This document shows positions 12,545-25,449 of a DNA stretch of 64,000 bases, piece by piece. The DNA is from Chara braunii. Lineage: Eukaryota > Plantae > Charophyceae. The notes beneath the pieces were generated by a model. It worked only from the letters and a program-made list of their open reading frames with translations. It was not told where the DNA came from and ran no database searches. A program made the position numbers and the translations under genes. How positions within the stretch are numbered: the stretch's first letter is position 1; every line of letters begins with the position of its first letter. The DNA is taken from contig BFEA01000003.1 of assembly GCA_003427395.1 (NCBI GenBank), positions 3,292,671 through 3,356,670 on the forward strand. Direction: 5' to 3'.

Positions 12545-14727
12545 AATAATAATAATAATAAAAGTAAATAAACGAAGAATCTAACTATAACTAACGAAAA
12601 TAAAATAAAAGAACAAAATCTAACTACTAACTATCTGCTCGTGCCAAGTGTCATACCTCTGCTACATTCGACTCCAACTACTAACTCTAACGAATTCTAA
12701 TATCGAGGTCGAGGGTTCGAGCCCTTCTTTGTCGGGAACAGGGGCGAAATCATATGGGGCTCCTTGTCAAAAGGAGCTATCCCATAAGCAGGTGGACTCG
12801 ATCCTCGAGTCTGTCACTCATCACTCCATATCAAAACCTACTAGGCTAGCTCCTGCTTCGAGTAAAATAAGAGCAGTCCCGGTATGAGTAGAAGACTGAG
12901 GTTTGGTCCGCCTAGTGGCCCGAACCCAATTCGAAGTCTGTGTGTGTGCACGCTTGCCGGTCTACATGCCTGTCCGAATGCTTATCGGCTTGAGTGAGTG
13001 TGTGCCCTGCAAGGGCACTTGATTGCTCAGAAGGTCCGAGGGTCGGTACTTATCTGTAGCCATGACATTGAGGGTTGCGGCGGGATAAAACACACAGTGG
13101 TGCGGAAAGAGGCCGCGACACTTAAGAGTTGCGGAAAACACTCACGTAGTAGGTAGGTCGGTACCACACCAAGTAAAGATGGACTTGTCGGGCACTCACG
13201 GCTGAGAAGAGGAAGACAAAAGTTGAGCATTTTTAGAGGTCCAGTACCGGTTGCTTGCATGGCCGCGCAGTCAGGAAGTCACCGTCCAAGAGGCCAACGC
13301 CTCCCTTCACATGGGAGGCCGAGCGAGAACCTCAAGCTTGTGGTATAAGAGTAAGGTTTGAGGTGCCGCTCGCCCAAGTGTTAGCAATCTGAGCGGTACC
13401 GCAACCTGACGATCACGCTTTAATAACTGCTTCAGCCATATGGTCGGGGCATATATTAATTTATCATGACTAATGTACTGACGATTAAGTATCCGCGTGT
13501 GTTGTAGATCTATCTGACATAACACTAATCCTATTGACCCCTCAACCTCTTCGATCAAAGGGTATTATTATCGACTCTAACCACCAGAGCGCGCGTCTCA
13601 ATAGCATGCGTGTATTTAACGAAATTTTCTTGGCGATTTGCCCTGACCTCAATGGTCAAGGAAATCGTTTTCAAAGTGTCGCGTGAAAACATACGCTCCT
13701 TGAACTCCGGAATGGCTTCGTCTTAGTAGTCGATGTCGTCGTTGTGCCGACTGCAAAAGGATGGTCAAATACCCTTGTAACGGTATTTGGTCCAACAACG
13801 TTTTGAAAACTTAAAGTTTAACTAATGAGAAATTGTCTATGAATAGCAATAAAACTTTCTAAACGAGTCTCATTAATTGATCATAAACAATATCGTGAAA
13901 ATATTGCACGAACCCAAATATATAAAAACAGAAAGCCTTCGGTTTTTATGTTGAACCAAATCCAATCCGTAATCCAATAAATAATAGTTATATTCATTAT
14001 GTATTTTGTAAGGATAGTTTTCCTAATTTATTTGAGTTTAGTAATAGTATTTCCTATGTTTTTTAGTTGTTTCTTCACTTGGTTTTTAAACCTTCAAATT
14101 TATTTCATCAAATACAAAAACGAAATGTTATTATGTCTTCCTTCATTACCTGAACAGTCCACAAGGGTTTCTTATTGAAACATAAAGGTTGTCCTTGCTT
14201 ATTTATGATAGTATTATTTGCAAAAAACGCTTGACACCACATGTCATAAGAGTTCATTATTGAAACATAAATGCTTTTTTTTGTTTATCCTTTTGTTGAA
14301 AAAATAATTGTAAGAGAAAATCATAAAAAAAAAGTTGTGAAAAATTTTTAATGTTAATTAATCAACGTTATTTTTATACAAAATGGTGGTATTGTGGTAA
14401 GGTGATATATTAATTGATTACATTTTTAGAAACATGAAACAAAAATTTTATTCAGTTCATGTTTTTGTTTGAGAACTGTTTGTTTGGGCAAGAAAAAATC
14501 ATGCAAAAAGTCACTGTGCGAAAATATTTATACAATATTTTTTTAAGACAAAATAGTGACGTTGTGGTAAGGTGATGTATTGGTTGACTATAATTTAGGA
14601 AAGGTGATATACACAAATGATAGGCAAGGTTCGTTTATGAAATGTACTTTGCATTAAAAAACTGTTAAAACTACTTAGAGACAATATAACGACAACATTC
14701 ATTTATGTGCAACCAGGGTTGCCGATA

Positions 14728-15503
14728 TCGGGGCAAAAACCCTGACAAGGGTATTTACCGGGGGTTTTGAACGTCGGACGCTATCAGACTTTTTCTTGTT
14801 GAATTGAATGACTTGACGAGACAGACGTTTGCCAGAAGTTTATTTAGATATGCCCTATGACTAAGAGACTAAAAGTTTTTGAACTTCGGTCTAGACGCTC
14901 GTGACATCCGAGAATAACGACTGTAATTGGCAATCCTTTAAGCTTGTTGAAGTTGTATAGGCGCGCAAACATTGGAATGTCAAAGATAAATATATCCTAC
15001 CTAATACGATTCAGGGCCTAAGTACACTAGAAAGATGGACGCGCTGGGTATAGGATCATGGCGCAGGAGAGAAGGGTTACCTATTTTTGGGTTGTGAGAT
15101 TTATCTCCGCGTCGGAACCCGAGCCTGATACGTGACTAAAAGGATGTCTTATCGGGTCGTCGGGTTGGGCTTCAGCAGGTTAGGTAGGGCAATGCCCACA
15201 TTGAACGGAGGAGGTGCAAACGGTGTCTGTTGACTGTGTGTCGGCAATTTCCACTGGGCACAAACCTTCATATTGAAGGGCTGCTCCTATTGAGTGTGAA
15301 ATACTAGGAGCTACCCAAGTAGGATATCATGCCAGACTCTCACCCAACGGGTACCGGTGTCGAGGCAAATACCCTGACAAGGGTATTTGTCGGGGATTTT
15401 AAACGTCGTACGCTGTCTAACGTGTTCGTTGAATTGAAGGACTTGATGAAACTGGCGTTTGCCAAAAGTTTATTCAAACATGACCTATGACTGAGAGACT
15501 AAA
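14728..15503 (+). repeat. About 145-bp direct repeats (14728-14873 and 15361-15503) bracketing about 490 bp
   Basis: GGCAAA.ACCCTGACAAGGGTATTT...GTTGAATTGAA.GACTTGA...CCTATGACT.AGAGACTAAA occurs twice. Confidence 0.8.
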
Positions 15504-15570
15504 TTGCCGCTTGCGCCAGCCCGTTGTTGCTCCTTCGCCCCTGCTCGTCCGCGGAATCGCCATTTGTGAG

Positions 15571-15697
<127 letters not shown>

Positions 15698-18154
15698 GGA
15701 TGAGGATGTGAGGGCACATACCTGGTATTGGCGATGGTCTGCATTGAGCGACATCTTCAAGTACTCTGTTGGTTGTTGACGTCAACAGTTGCATTGTCAA
15801 TTAGTAGGTAGAAGGTAGTTGTATAGGGAGTAGGCTGGGCGCCGAGCGCCAAGTAGGGAGAAGGGCCTGGACACATGTGTTGGTGGTGGCGAGAGCATGC
15901 TCTCATTGACATTTGGTTTTCAGTGTTACGTTTTTTCATTGGTGTTATATTGGTGCAATGCTGTTTTCTGGACACTGTTATACATTCTGGCTTTCAATGT
16001 GATTGTGCAATCTGGATATTGTCATCTCGCTATTGCTCATTTTCCTTTCATTATATTATTATTATTATTATTATTATTACTATTATAATTATTATTAATA
16101 TTTTAATCGTTCCTTGGTTTTGGCTTTATTACTTCATTGTCAATTGTTATAATTCTCGAAAGAGTAGGATATAGGAGTGACAAGCGGAGTAATGGAGAGA
16201 TGAGAGGTGAAGATCGAAGGGGGATGAAAACACACATAGTAAGAGGGAGAAGAATGAAAGTAGAGGGAACGAGAGGTAAAATTTATGGAGAAGGCGGGTC
16301 GAGATGCAGAAATCAGAAACGGAGGAAAGAGAAGGAGACGAGGAGAGGGAGTGAGAGAGTGAGAGAATGCGTGCGAGAAAAAACACGAGTGCCCGGACGG
16401 AATAGAAAGGCACGCACAGACATGGAATTGTAAAAGGAAGAAAGCGGGGACGTGGAGATGGACCATGCTGGGGAGAAAACCTTAGGGCGAGCAGAAAGAA
16501 AATGCTCATGCTGAGCAACAACAGGGATGCGCGCAAGCATACAAGAGAAAAGAAAAGGGTAAGTGAAAAAGACAGATAAACAAACAGAAAGAGATATACA
16601 AATAGATAGGGGGAAAAAAAAAAAAGGACAAAACAACAGACAAATAGATAGAATGACAAACATACAGAACGGCAGACAAACAGTCAGAATGACAAACAGA
16701 CAGAACAACATACAAACAGACAGAACGACAGACAGGCAAACAGAGACAGACATAATGAACATGACACACACACAATCACAGTGACACAGACAAAGTGACA
16801 TACACGGTCACACAGTGGCATACATAGTCACATGGTCACAGTGACACGCACACACAACATACATACATAGTCACGATGACAGACACTGTGAAACCACACA
16901 GATACACAATCGCACAGACATAGTGAAACACGCACAGACACAGTGACACACAATGAAAATATACAGTAACCAAGACACAGTGACACACAGTAACACTGAC
17001 ACAAAGATACACACTAAGAAACACACAGTGATACACAGAGATACACAGAGAGACATGTAGTAATATGCAAAAAAAAAAAGAGAGAGAGGGAGAGCTATAT
17101 ATCAATCATGATGCGACATAGACAAAGAGTGAGAGAGAGAGAGATAGAGAGGGTGATAGAGAAAAAGAAAGAGAGGAGAGTGAAAACGTACCTGGTGTAC
17201 ACTCGCTGTCTGCATTGGTAGTGACTTCATGTACATTCGTCTTAACAGTCAAAGTGAGCCTGTTGCGTGAATGCGACTGTAGAAGGATAGGCAAGTAACG
17301 CAGGCGGGGCGCTGGGCGCCAGGTAGAGACGGGCTACGCTGGATACTGTGTTGGTGTGACCTGAGGACTTGAACATTGGTTTAAGAACTTATTGTACTGC
17401 TCTTATTTGGATGAAATATTGGTGTATTTGTGCTCTCTGCTTGTACGTGACTACTTTGACACCTGTGTGATTTCGCAACTTGACTTTCAGTATATCGTTC
17501 TCACTCATATTCATTGCATATATGCCTTTCAGATTTTATTTATTTATTTATTTTATTATAGTCGTGAGTTGGCCGAAAACCAATGTTCCATGAGTAAGAG
17601 GTGTTGTCCGCAGCCGATTGGGTGAGCGGGGATGCAGTGCACAGCCAATCAAGTGAACGGACACTGTGCGCAGCCAATCGAGTGAGACAATGCAGTGCGC
17701 AGTTCATCTGCCATGATCTGATAGAAAGGGACTGGGTATGACCAACTGTTGCTGAAAAACATAGCGGGAACGAGAAGTTTCATGAAACTGTCTTGCTATG
17801 TGAGTGTTTTTTTTTGTGGGGATGTGGCCGTAAGGGAATGGACTTCGTGCAGTCTTGCCTTGCTTAATAGACCACCTAACATTGATAAAGCGGGGTTCAC
17901 AGTGGATTGAAGTTTTGTGCGTGTTATTGGTCAAAACACTGTAAAAAATAGACAGCATCAACTAACTCTTGCCCTACAATTGACTAAAGCCTGCATCTTA
18001 TCAAAGTCCTAAACTAACACAGTTCGAAGATCAGGCGGAAAACTTTTAAGATGTGGGGCACAAGTTTCGTATGGCCCACCCACATGAGCTTAAAAGCTTC
18101 CGAATGATTCAGACCTTAAGAAGCGTCCAAAGCAACGACCGAAAACTTGCGAAA

Positions 18155-18458
18155 GCAATAGGAGGAGCGAGGCCCCGAGAGACTTGCCCTATCGCTATAA
18201 TGGCACGGATAATAAAGGATGGTGATAAGAGAAGCGAGGCTCCGAGAAACCTGCCTTATTACCAGCCAGCCGTGCATCAATGCAAGTAAGCGATAGGAGG
18301 AGCGAGACCCGCAAGGCCTGGCCTATAGCAATAAGTTAGCATGGGTAAGGGAGGTGGTGATGAGAGAAGCGAGGCTCCGAGAAGTTTGCCTTATTGTCCG
18401 CTATCCGTGCACCAAACGACGATAGGAGAAGCGAGACCCCATGAGGTCTGCCCTATCA
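18155..18458 (+). repeat. Array of five approximately 40-nt hairpin repeats (weaker copies to about 18618)
   Basis: Consensus GATARG-AGRAGCG-AGRCY-loop-R..YT-GS-CYTATY at 18155, 18221, 18290, 18356 and 18420. Confidence 0.8.
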
Positions 18459-18797
18459 CGACCAGACGCCCAATAAGATGAGGATCTCGTGTGATTTACC
18501 CTACTATGACAACTTTATGAAGACCCCGCAAAAGACTAACTCACTGATATGGTTCATTGTCTGATTCTGCTGACGTAGAGGTAGGATGAATGTGGCCCCG
18601 TGTGACCTGTCCTTATAACTTAACTTATTGATTGATGTCAATCTTATGATTCTACTCCATATCAAATTGACATATATTTTGTCTGTGTATGTCTGAAGGG
18701 GAAAGTTTGGTGATGTTAGCTCTATACTTTGTTCGTTTACACGACTATTTCTAGATTGGTTTGATAAGAAGTCAGTTAGGCTACCTAGGGGGAGTTA

Positions 18798-20181
18798 TGT
18801 CGATGTAGTATTATTCCCAACTAAAATGAAGTTCATTACATTGAACTTCAGATAGGGTCATATCGATAGCAAAGCGGTGTTTAGACCATGTGGATTGCAG
18901 GTCATCTTAACCAAGATGACTCCTTATGAATCTATACAAGACAACATGTTGTTGTCTTATGGTAACAGGTTGGTTCACCAACTCAGCCCTCACTCACCTT
19001 CGACACCCACACTTTGCATTAACCTTTGCACTGAAAGGCATTTCTGATTTTCGGGTCATCGTCTAAAGGGTCTGTGTTTTGTCAAAAAGGGTAGTTGAAT
19101 GACTAAAAGTCAGATAAGGATGAACGACTAAGTTGAAAGTTGGGATGTCTAGCTGAAAAGGTCGAAACTGTAAGTGTAATGTGGGTGGAAGTGAATACAT
19201 GGTTGACTCTGGTAGAATTGTATAATGTGATTGACTCTTGTCTGCATGTCAATAAAACAACCAGCCACGCGATTCACTGCAACCCGTTAAGAAACTTACA
19301 CTATTCTGAACCTTGATCCAGACATTTCGTCAGCGCGCGATTTTTAGTTTGAGTACCTATTTTTGTGTTTTTCCTTGATTGTTAAACAAATTAGGATTAT
19401 TGCTAAGGCTACGAGTCTTATTCATTTCATGTTCATTTCATCTAATATTGTTTGAAAGGTCAATGACCTATATTTTCCTTTATGAATTCTGATTGTTTAT
19501 GTGAAAGTGTTAAATGTATGTGACATCTTCTTGCCTATGTACTCAATGTATTATTTCATTTCACATGTATATGTAATATGGTAAAGGGTTTTCATAAGGA
19601 GATATACTGAGTAAACTTAATCACTAGATAGGATGGTATGTGTCTTATGTGCAACCCCTGATAATTCAAGCATTTTAGGGGATCATGCTCCGAAAAACGG
19701 GAGATAGGCTATGAGTTATACCTATAGAAACTATTTATAGTCAAAGCATAGTATGCGCGAACGTTCGTCGGTCCAGTCGACCTGAATCGTAAGTCGGTCC
19801 GGGAGATCAGCGCCACGATGCTTGACAAGTATACGGGTCAGTCTTAGGCGTTCAACCACACGTATACCTATGCTACGACGATCGACAAAACACCATCGAC
19901 TGACCTACCTTTGTGATTGCATGTAAAAGCCTTCGCATGTGGGTCAGTAGCTTAGCAGGGATACGCCCACCTAAGGGATGGTGATAGCTCCTGTAGGTGG
20001 AGGTGAGTTGTACCTCGCGGGATCTTTGTCATGTCTCAGAGAGCCGCAAGAGGTATAGCTGGTCCACACGGTCGGAGTTGGTATTTCGCTGAAACGCTTC
20101 TAAAACTCTTGCGTTATGCGATCATGAGATCCGACACCAAAAATTACTTTACGTCTGGGTGTGAGACCGCCGCGTCCGACA
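18798..20181 (+). mobile_element. Probable 3' LTR of a truncated LTR retrotransposon
   Basis: The purine tract AGGGGGAG (18787-18794) is followed by TTA and TGTCG at 18798. A candidate inverted terminus CGACA ends at 20181. No second LTR was found in the window. Confidence 0.4.
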
Positions 20182-23100
20182 ACGAATTAAAATCTTTCAT
20201 GGTATTTTTTTTTTAAAGACTATAAAACAACTCGGTAATATTGTGTTGTAACTGCAATTGGTGGGAATCAAAGTGGTAACAAAACTTTTTTATATTCACA
20301 GTAAGGATACATTTACTTGCTTCTTTTCATGTGAATGAATGGTTGTGTTCAACTCGTGAGTTTGAAAAACCTTAAACCACCAATATTTTTTTCAAATATG
20401 TTTTCAGAGCAAAAACGCATATATAGTAGAGAATCTCATGAAGTATCGGCGCGTCATTTCGTTTTATATGCATCAAGGCAAAATAACCCGTAAGAACGAA
20501 ACGGGTCGTATGTGAAATCCGTTTTGCCTAGATGGATAACAAGCGTAATGACAATAGGTACTTCCATAAAACTATGGTTATATACAAGCTGCATATTTGA
20601 TTTTTTAGCGAGCAAACGTATCAGTGGCTTAAGATTTTGCAATACATGGTCAAATAAAGATATATAGTTTATCATAAACTCAACCCTTGCTTAATTATTA
20701 TAGCAAGATATATTATCAATTTCCCCATTGTATGAGCAAAATATTAAAAAAAATATATAGGCTCCTAACAGTCAACGACAACCAACTAGAAAAGCAACAT
20801 TACAATGATATATTTTACATTAGTATCTTCCTATACCCGATCGATTACTAGCCCTTCAGCTAAATTTGTAGGAGAAGGGACTCCTCGTCTGTACATATTG
20901 TAAAAAATCCTTACATAAAGTTGTGAACACATTTAAATATTTTTTTGCTTGACCAATAACAACCTAAATATGGCGATGGTGAAACGAGTAGTGATATTTT
21001 TTTTTGGTATTTTTTCGACTGTAATATCTAGAGTGTTGCAAGGTTTCTCCTGATAACTCTTATTTCCGATTACAAGTATCAAATGTTAAATTTCAACGAA
21101 AAAATAATAAAAGTTATTCTAAGTATTCACAACTAAATGTTCAATGAAAAATATGAATTTATCCAAACATTAATTAAAAATGACCATTAAATGCATATTA
21201 TTGTTCTATAAGTCGAGGATATGAACATCAAAACTAACATAAAACCTAATAATGAAAGGGATTGAAACAAAATTAAAGAGAGAATTAAGATAATTTTGTT
21301 AATCATGTAAGGGAATAAAAAAATCAAACATTTATAAAAAATAGTACAGATGACATATGATACAAGATATATATGAAATAAATGAGGACTGGATTAGAAA
21401 GATTGAAAATTTCAACCTTTATGTCATATTTTATGTTTCCTCGACGGGTCTGTTAAAACACAATAGTAAAAATGATCATACAATCCACTTTCCCCACCAC
21501 TACGACTATTTGTCTCTAATTCGGCGAACCAGATGAGTCGCCTTTACCTCAACCCCCTAACATGTATCCTAAATAGTACAATGAGTGTCGAAAGTCTGCT
21601 GTATAATCGTACATTTGCAAAAAACAAGGTTTAGTAGAAATATTGAGAAAACAATCATAGTCTTTCTAAATATATATTTGTAAAAACCTACAGATGAAGC
21701 ACCAAGAGGGGCTATGAGGGGGGAGAGGGTGCTTTGAAACCCATATTATAAGCCAAGGAGTGTAGTATTTGGGATGGTGAGAAGAGAAGCAACAAACATA
21801 CAAAGGACTGAGATAACGCCCATAAATGATAAGCAAATAAAGTTTGGATATTAACCTGATGTGATTAAAATCACTCTTAAATTGAAATGGGGGGTCAAGT
21901 TTCTAGCAAGTATCCCCTCTCTCTTTCTGTAGAAAATAGTAATGCGAATGATGTTCACTATTGTTAGACAAAATAGGGTGGAGAAAAAAAAAAAAAATGA
22001 TGGCGATGGGGATGAAGTTCATACAAAAAATTAAGCGAGCAAGGGGTGAGTAAAGCAAGTAAACTCATGCAACGTTATGAAAAAAACATTGAGTTATGTG
22101 GAGAAAAATAAAGAGGTTTAGTTATATGAAAGTACAAGATTGTGTAGGGCAAAATGAAATGAGGTGATTTTAACTTTGCAACAATTCTTCAATAGTTAGG
22201 ACGAAAGTTTCTGTGTGACGTCTAAAAAGTTTCAAGATGACAGGTAACCTTCATGTAAATAATTGAGAGGGGGATGGAAAAGGAGGCAAGTGTTAGAGAG
22301 GTCCTTGATAGTCTTAAGGGTTAGCACCCATATGGAAGAGCACAAAATGAAGAAGACTCCGTCCTCATGCGGATAATAGTGGGAGACTAGCAATGCGAGA
22401 TTCTATGAGTTGTCTTTGCCTCGTCTTCTCTTAGTGGGTGGATGGAGGTGATTGATATTAAGATAGAGAAGAAATGGTAGGAAGTTTTTATAATAAAGAG
22501 AACACCGAGATTTGTAAGTATGTTTTGTGAGTTTTGTTTTTAACAACTTTAAAAGTTTGATATAATTTTAAAATTTATAATAGTGTTTGTACCTAGCAAG
22601 GTCATGATTGTATAATGCATCGTAAAATACATGACGAAAAGTGATATGGGAAATAAGTTTGACTACATGTTGTGGGTGTTTAAAATGTTTCTCATCGCAA
22701 TTCAATCTTTTGTTTGTTTCGTTATCCTTAAAGTGTTTTATATAGTATTTCTAAGGCAGATGAGACTAGGGGTTAAAAATAAAAATATATGAGTTTGCAA
22801 AGCCAATTTCATTTTATACCAAGACTTTGGTCGTGCAATTTTTTTTTCAAAGGATTGGAAACAACTCCACGTCGGCCCTTGGCACCTCCTCCCACTATTT
22901 CCCCTCACCCAAAAGCTCCTCCACAAGTATATGAATACAAATTCTTCTTTAGGGGAAATGATGTTGGAGTAACTGTTGGAAATAAGAGACGACTATTTAG
23001 GAATCGCTAGAGGGATGCTACCATGAACGAGGAACTTCATTTGTATAATGGTGAAAAAAAAAAAACAATATAGTCACTGTACTGAAGGAGGAGATAACTA

Positions 23101-23427
23101 TATGCACTATAGTGGAGCAGGACTTTATCATCGTCATTGTCTTGGAAGAGTAGAGTGTCATAGTCGCCTTGGTGAAGAGGCAGAGAACCATTTTCAAATT
23201 GGAGGAAGAGAGAGGCGTGAAGGAATTTTGGCTATCACTATAGTAAAAAGTGTGCGAAAAAAAGAAAGAGTTTTAGCTCCTCCATTGGGGATCTGAGGTA
23301 GCTATAACCACCTCCATTTATGCTTAAATCAACAGTACACCCGGGCTTTGAGACACTACACTCCACACCACATTTTTTTGAACCGCAAGCGGTACACTTT
23401 TTTTCTTTTTTGTTTGGCAACATTGTC

Positions 23428-23875
23428 CAATAGTTATGAATTTGTACATACATCCGTGCAAGCACGGATTGGAACCGACGACTTCGACCTCAAGAGCTAA
23501 GTCTCTTAACTACTACAACCAATACACAATGTTTAAAAGTGGAATCATATCAGTCGTGATATCCGCCCCACCTCCGCAAGGCTGCAATTTCAAACTCAAC
23601 ACAATACCACATAAACGCAACAATTTTCGCACACTTTGCCCCAATCAATATGTGACCTTCCACTGGTACTTATACCCGAGCACTTAAGTGGGTTTAAGCA
23701 ATGCCCGCAAGTTCCACGCATGCATTTCACAATAGTTATGAATCCGTACATGCGTACTTCAGACCTCCTTTGTATAACCATGGATTCGAACCGAAGACCT
23801 TAACCTTAATTAACCAAGTTTCTTAACCATTACAACCAAGATATAGTGTTCACAAGTGGAATCATACCTGTCGAC
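23428..23875 (-). mobile_element. Two tandem diverged tRNA-derived (SINE-like) units
   Basis: Minus-strand heads TGGTTGTAGTAGTTAAG...GGTTCCAATCC (about 23466-23522) and TGGTTGTAATGGTTAAG...GGTTCGAATCC (about 23782-23838) carry Pol III A/B-box-like motifs at tRNA spacing. The flanks are also homologous. There is no clean cloverleaf. Confidence 0.55.
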
Positions 23876-25001
23876 ATCCATTGTGGTCCACTAAACCAAA
23901 AAAAAATCAGAGTTAATAACTCGATGATTTTTTACAAGGTTGTGACTATGTATTGACGATTTAAGGAGGAGTAAGTCCATAACCAGACCTTTGATAATTT
24001 TGATGAGAGAGGTGAAAATTCAAAGTTATTATGAGATCACCGACTGAAACTTTTTACCTGTCATTGTGAACCCAAACCTTATTTGGATCCTTGTGAATTC
24101 AAGTGATAAAGAAAAAAAAAAGTGGGAGTAGATAGTTTAGACGAAGGAAATCAAACATTTTTAAAGAAATGGACTAAGGTTGGACCATTGTGAGGTACTA
24201 AATATTGGTACCCGTTCTTTTTCATATTGTGAACGACTCTTTTTTTTTATGTGAATAAATATGTAAGGACATATAAGTATTTACAAGGTATTAATAGTGA
24301 GAGGATTGCTGGTACTGAAAAAAAAAACTTCTAAATCCTTAAAATTGACTATATTTTCTCTTTAATTTATCTTTTTTTTCTTACATCTCTCCTTGTTTTT
24401 TTATTTCTTCATCATTTCATGGAAGCAAATTTTATGGTTATGTTAGTTTTTTTTTTTCACTTTCTTGTTTTTGTTTTTCTTCCTCTTCCTTATTCCTTTT
24501 TTTGTTTTCTTTTTTCTTCTTTTTCTTTTTATTCTCCATCACAATGAAAGTAAATAATAAGTTTTCATATTTGTTGTTGTTCTTATTTTCCTTCAAGTTT
24601 TTATTATTCTTTTTTTTTTTTTTTTTTTTTTTTCCNNNNNNNNNNNNNNNNNNNNNNNNNNNNNNNNNNNNNNNNNNNNNNNNNNNNNNNNNNNNNNNNN
24701 NNNTTTTTTTTTTTTCCACCTTATGGAAATAAGTGTTTTCATTATGTTAGTTTTTATTTTTCCTTTTCATCTTCCTCTCGATTTGCTTCTACAGTAACTC
24801 CCTTTTTTTTTCCTCTTTCAGTAAATGTTAAGGTTTATGATAATTTTTTATTTCTTTTTTCAGTTTTCCTCCTTTATCAACCTATGTGAGAAAAAATTAA
24901 GATTTATGTACGGTTTTAGTTTTTTTTTTGTTTTTTTTTTTTTACTTTATTCCCTCATTTTTCTTCACCACTTGTATAAATGCAAATGCAAGGGTTTATG
25001 A

Positions 25002-25158
25002 ATGTGCGCGTTTTGCTGAGAGAAGTACACTAAGAACCGTAAGTATGGTTGTTGAAGCATGCACGAAAAACAATTTTTAGCTCATGTGCGCGTTTTGCTG
25101 AGAGAAGTACATGAAGAACGGTAAGGATGGTTGTGGAAGCATGCACGAAAAACAATTG
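25002..25158 (+). repeat. Tandem duplication of an approximately 82-bp unit
   Basis: ATGTGCGCGTTTTGCTGAGAGAAGTACA...AAGCATGCACGAAAAACAATT occurs twice. Confidence 0.9.
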
Positions 25159-25449
25159 TTGACCCCTGTTTATCATTGTTCTTCTACATCACCCCATACT
25201 TTCTTTTTTATCCCTCCTGCTACGCCAAATTCTATTAATTATGAAACTCAACCTCCTCCTTCTTGTTCCTTTCCCCCCCTCTTTTTTTTCCATTTTTTCC
25301 TCTTCTTCCTTTTCATTTTGTTCACAAGGAAATGAGATTGGTGTTCTCCCTTTGTTGATTGTTGAAAAATATTATGGTGAGTACGTGATACATTATTCTC
25401 ATTGTAGACTTATGCTTAGGCTTAATTTTTCTTTAAAAGTGAGTGGGTT

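Noticed and set aside
11532-12584. Long ORFs in several frames
   Set aside because: Produced by (CTT)n microsatellites and poly-A/N runs.
18155-18458. CRISPR-like repeat-spacer appearance
   Set aside because: The repeats are diverged, the spacers are related to and complementary with each other, there are no cas genes, and the context is eukaryotic TE.
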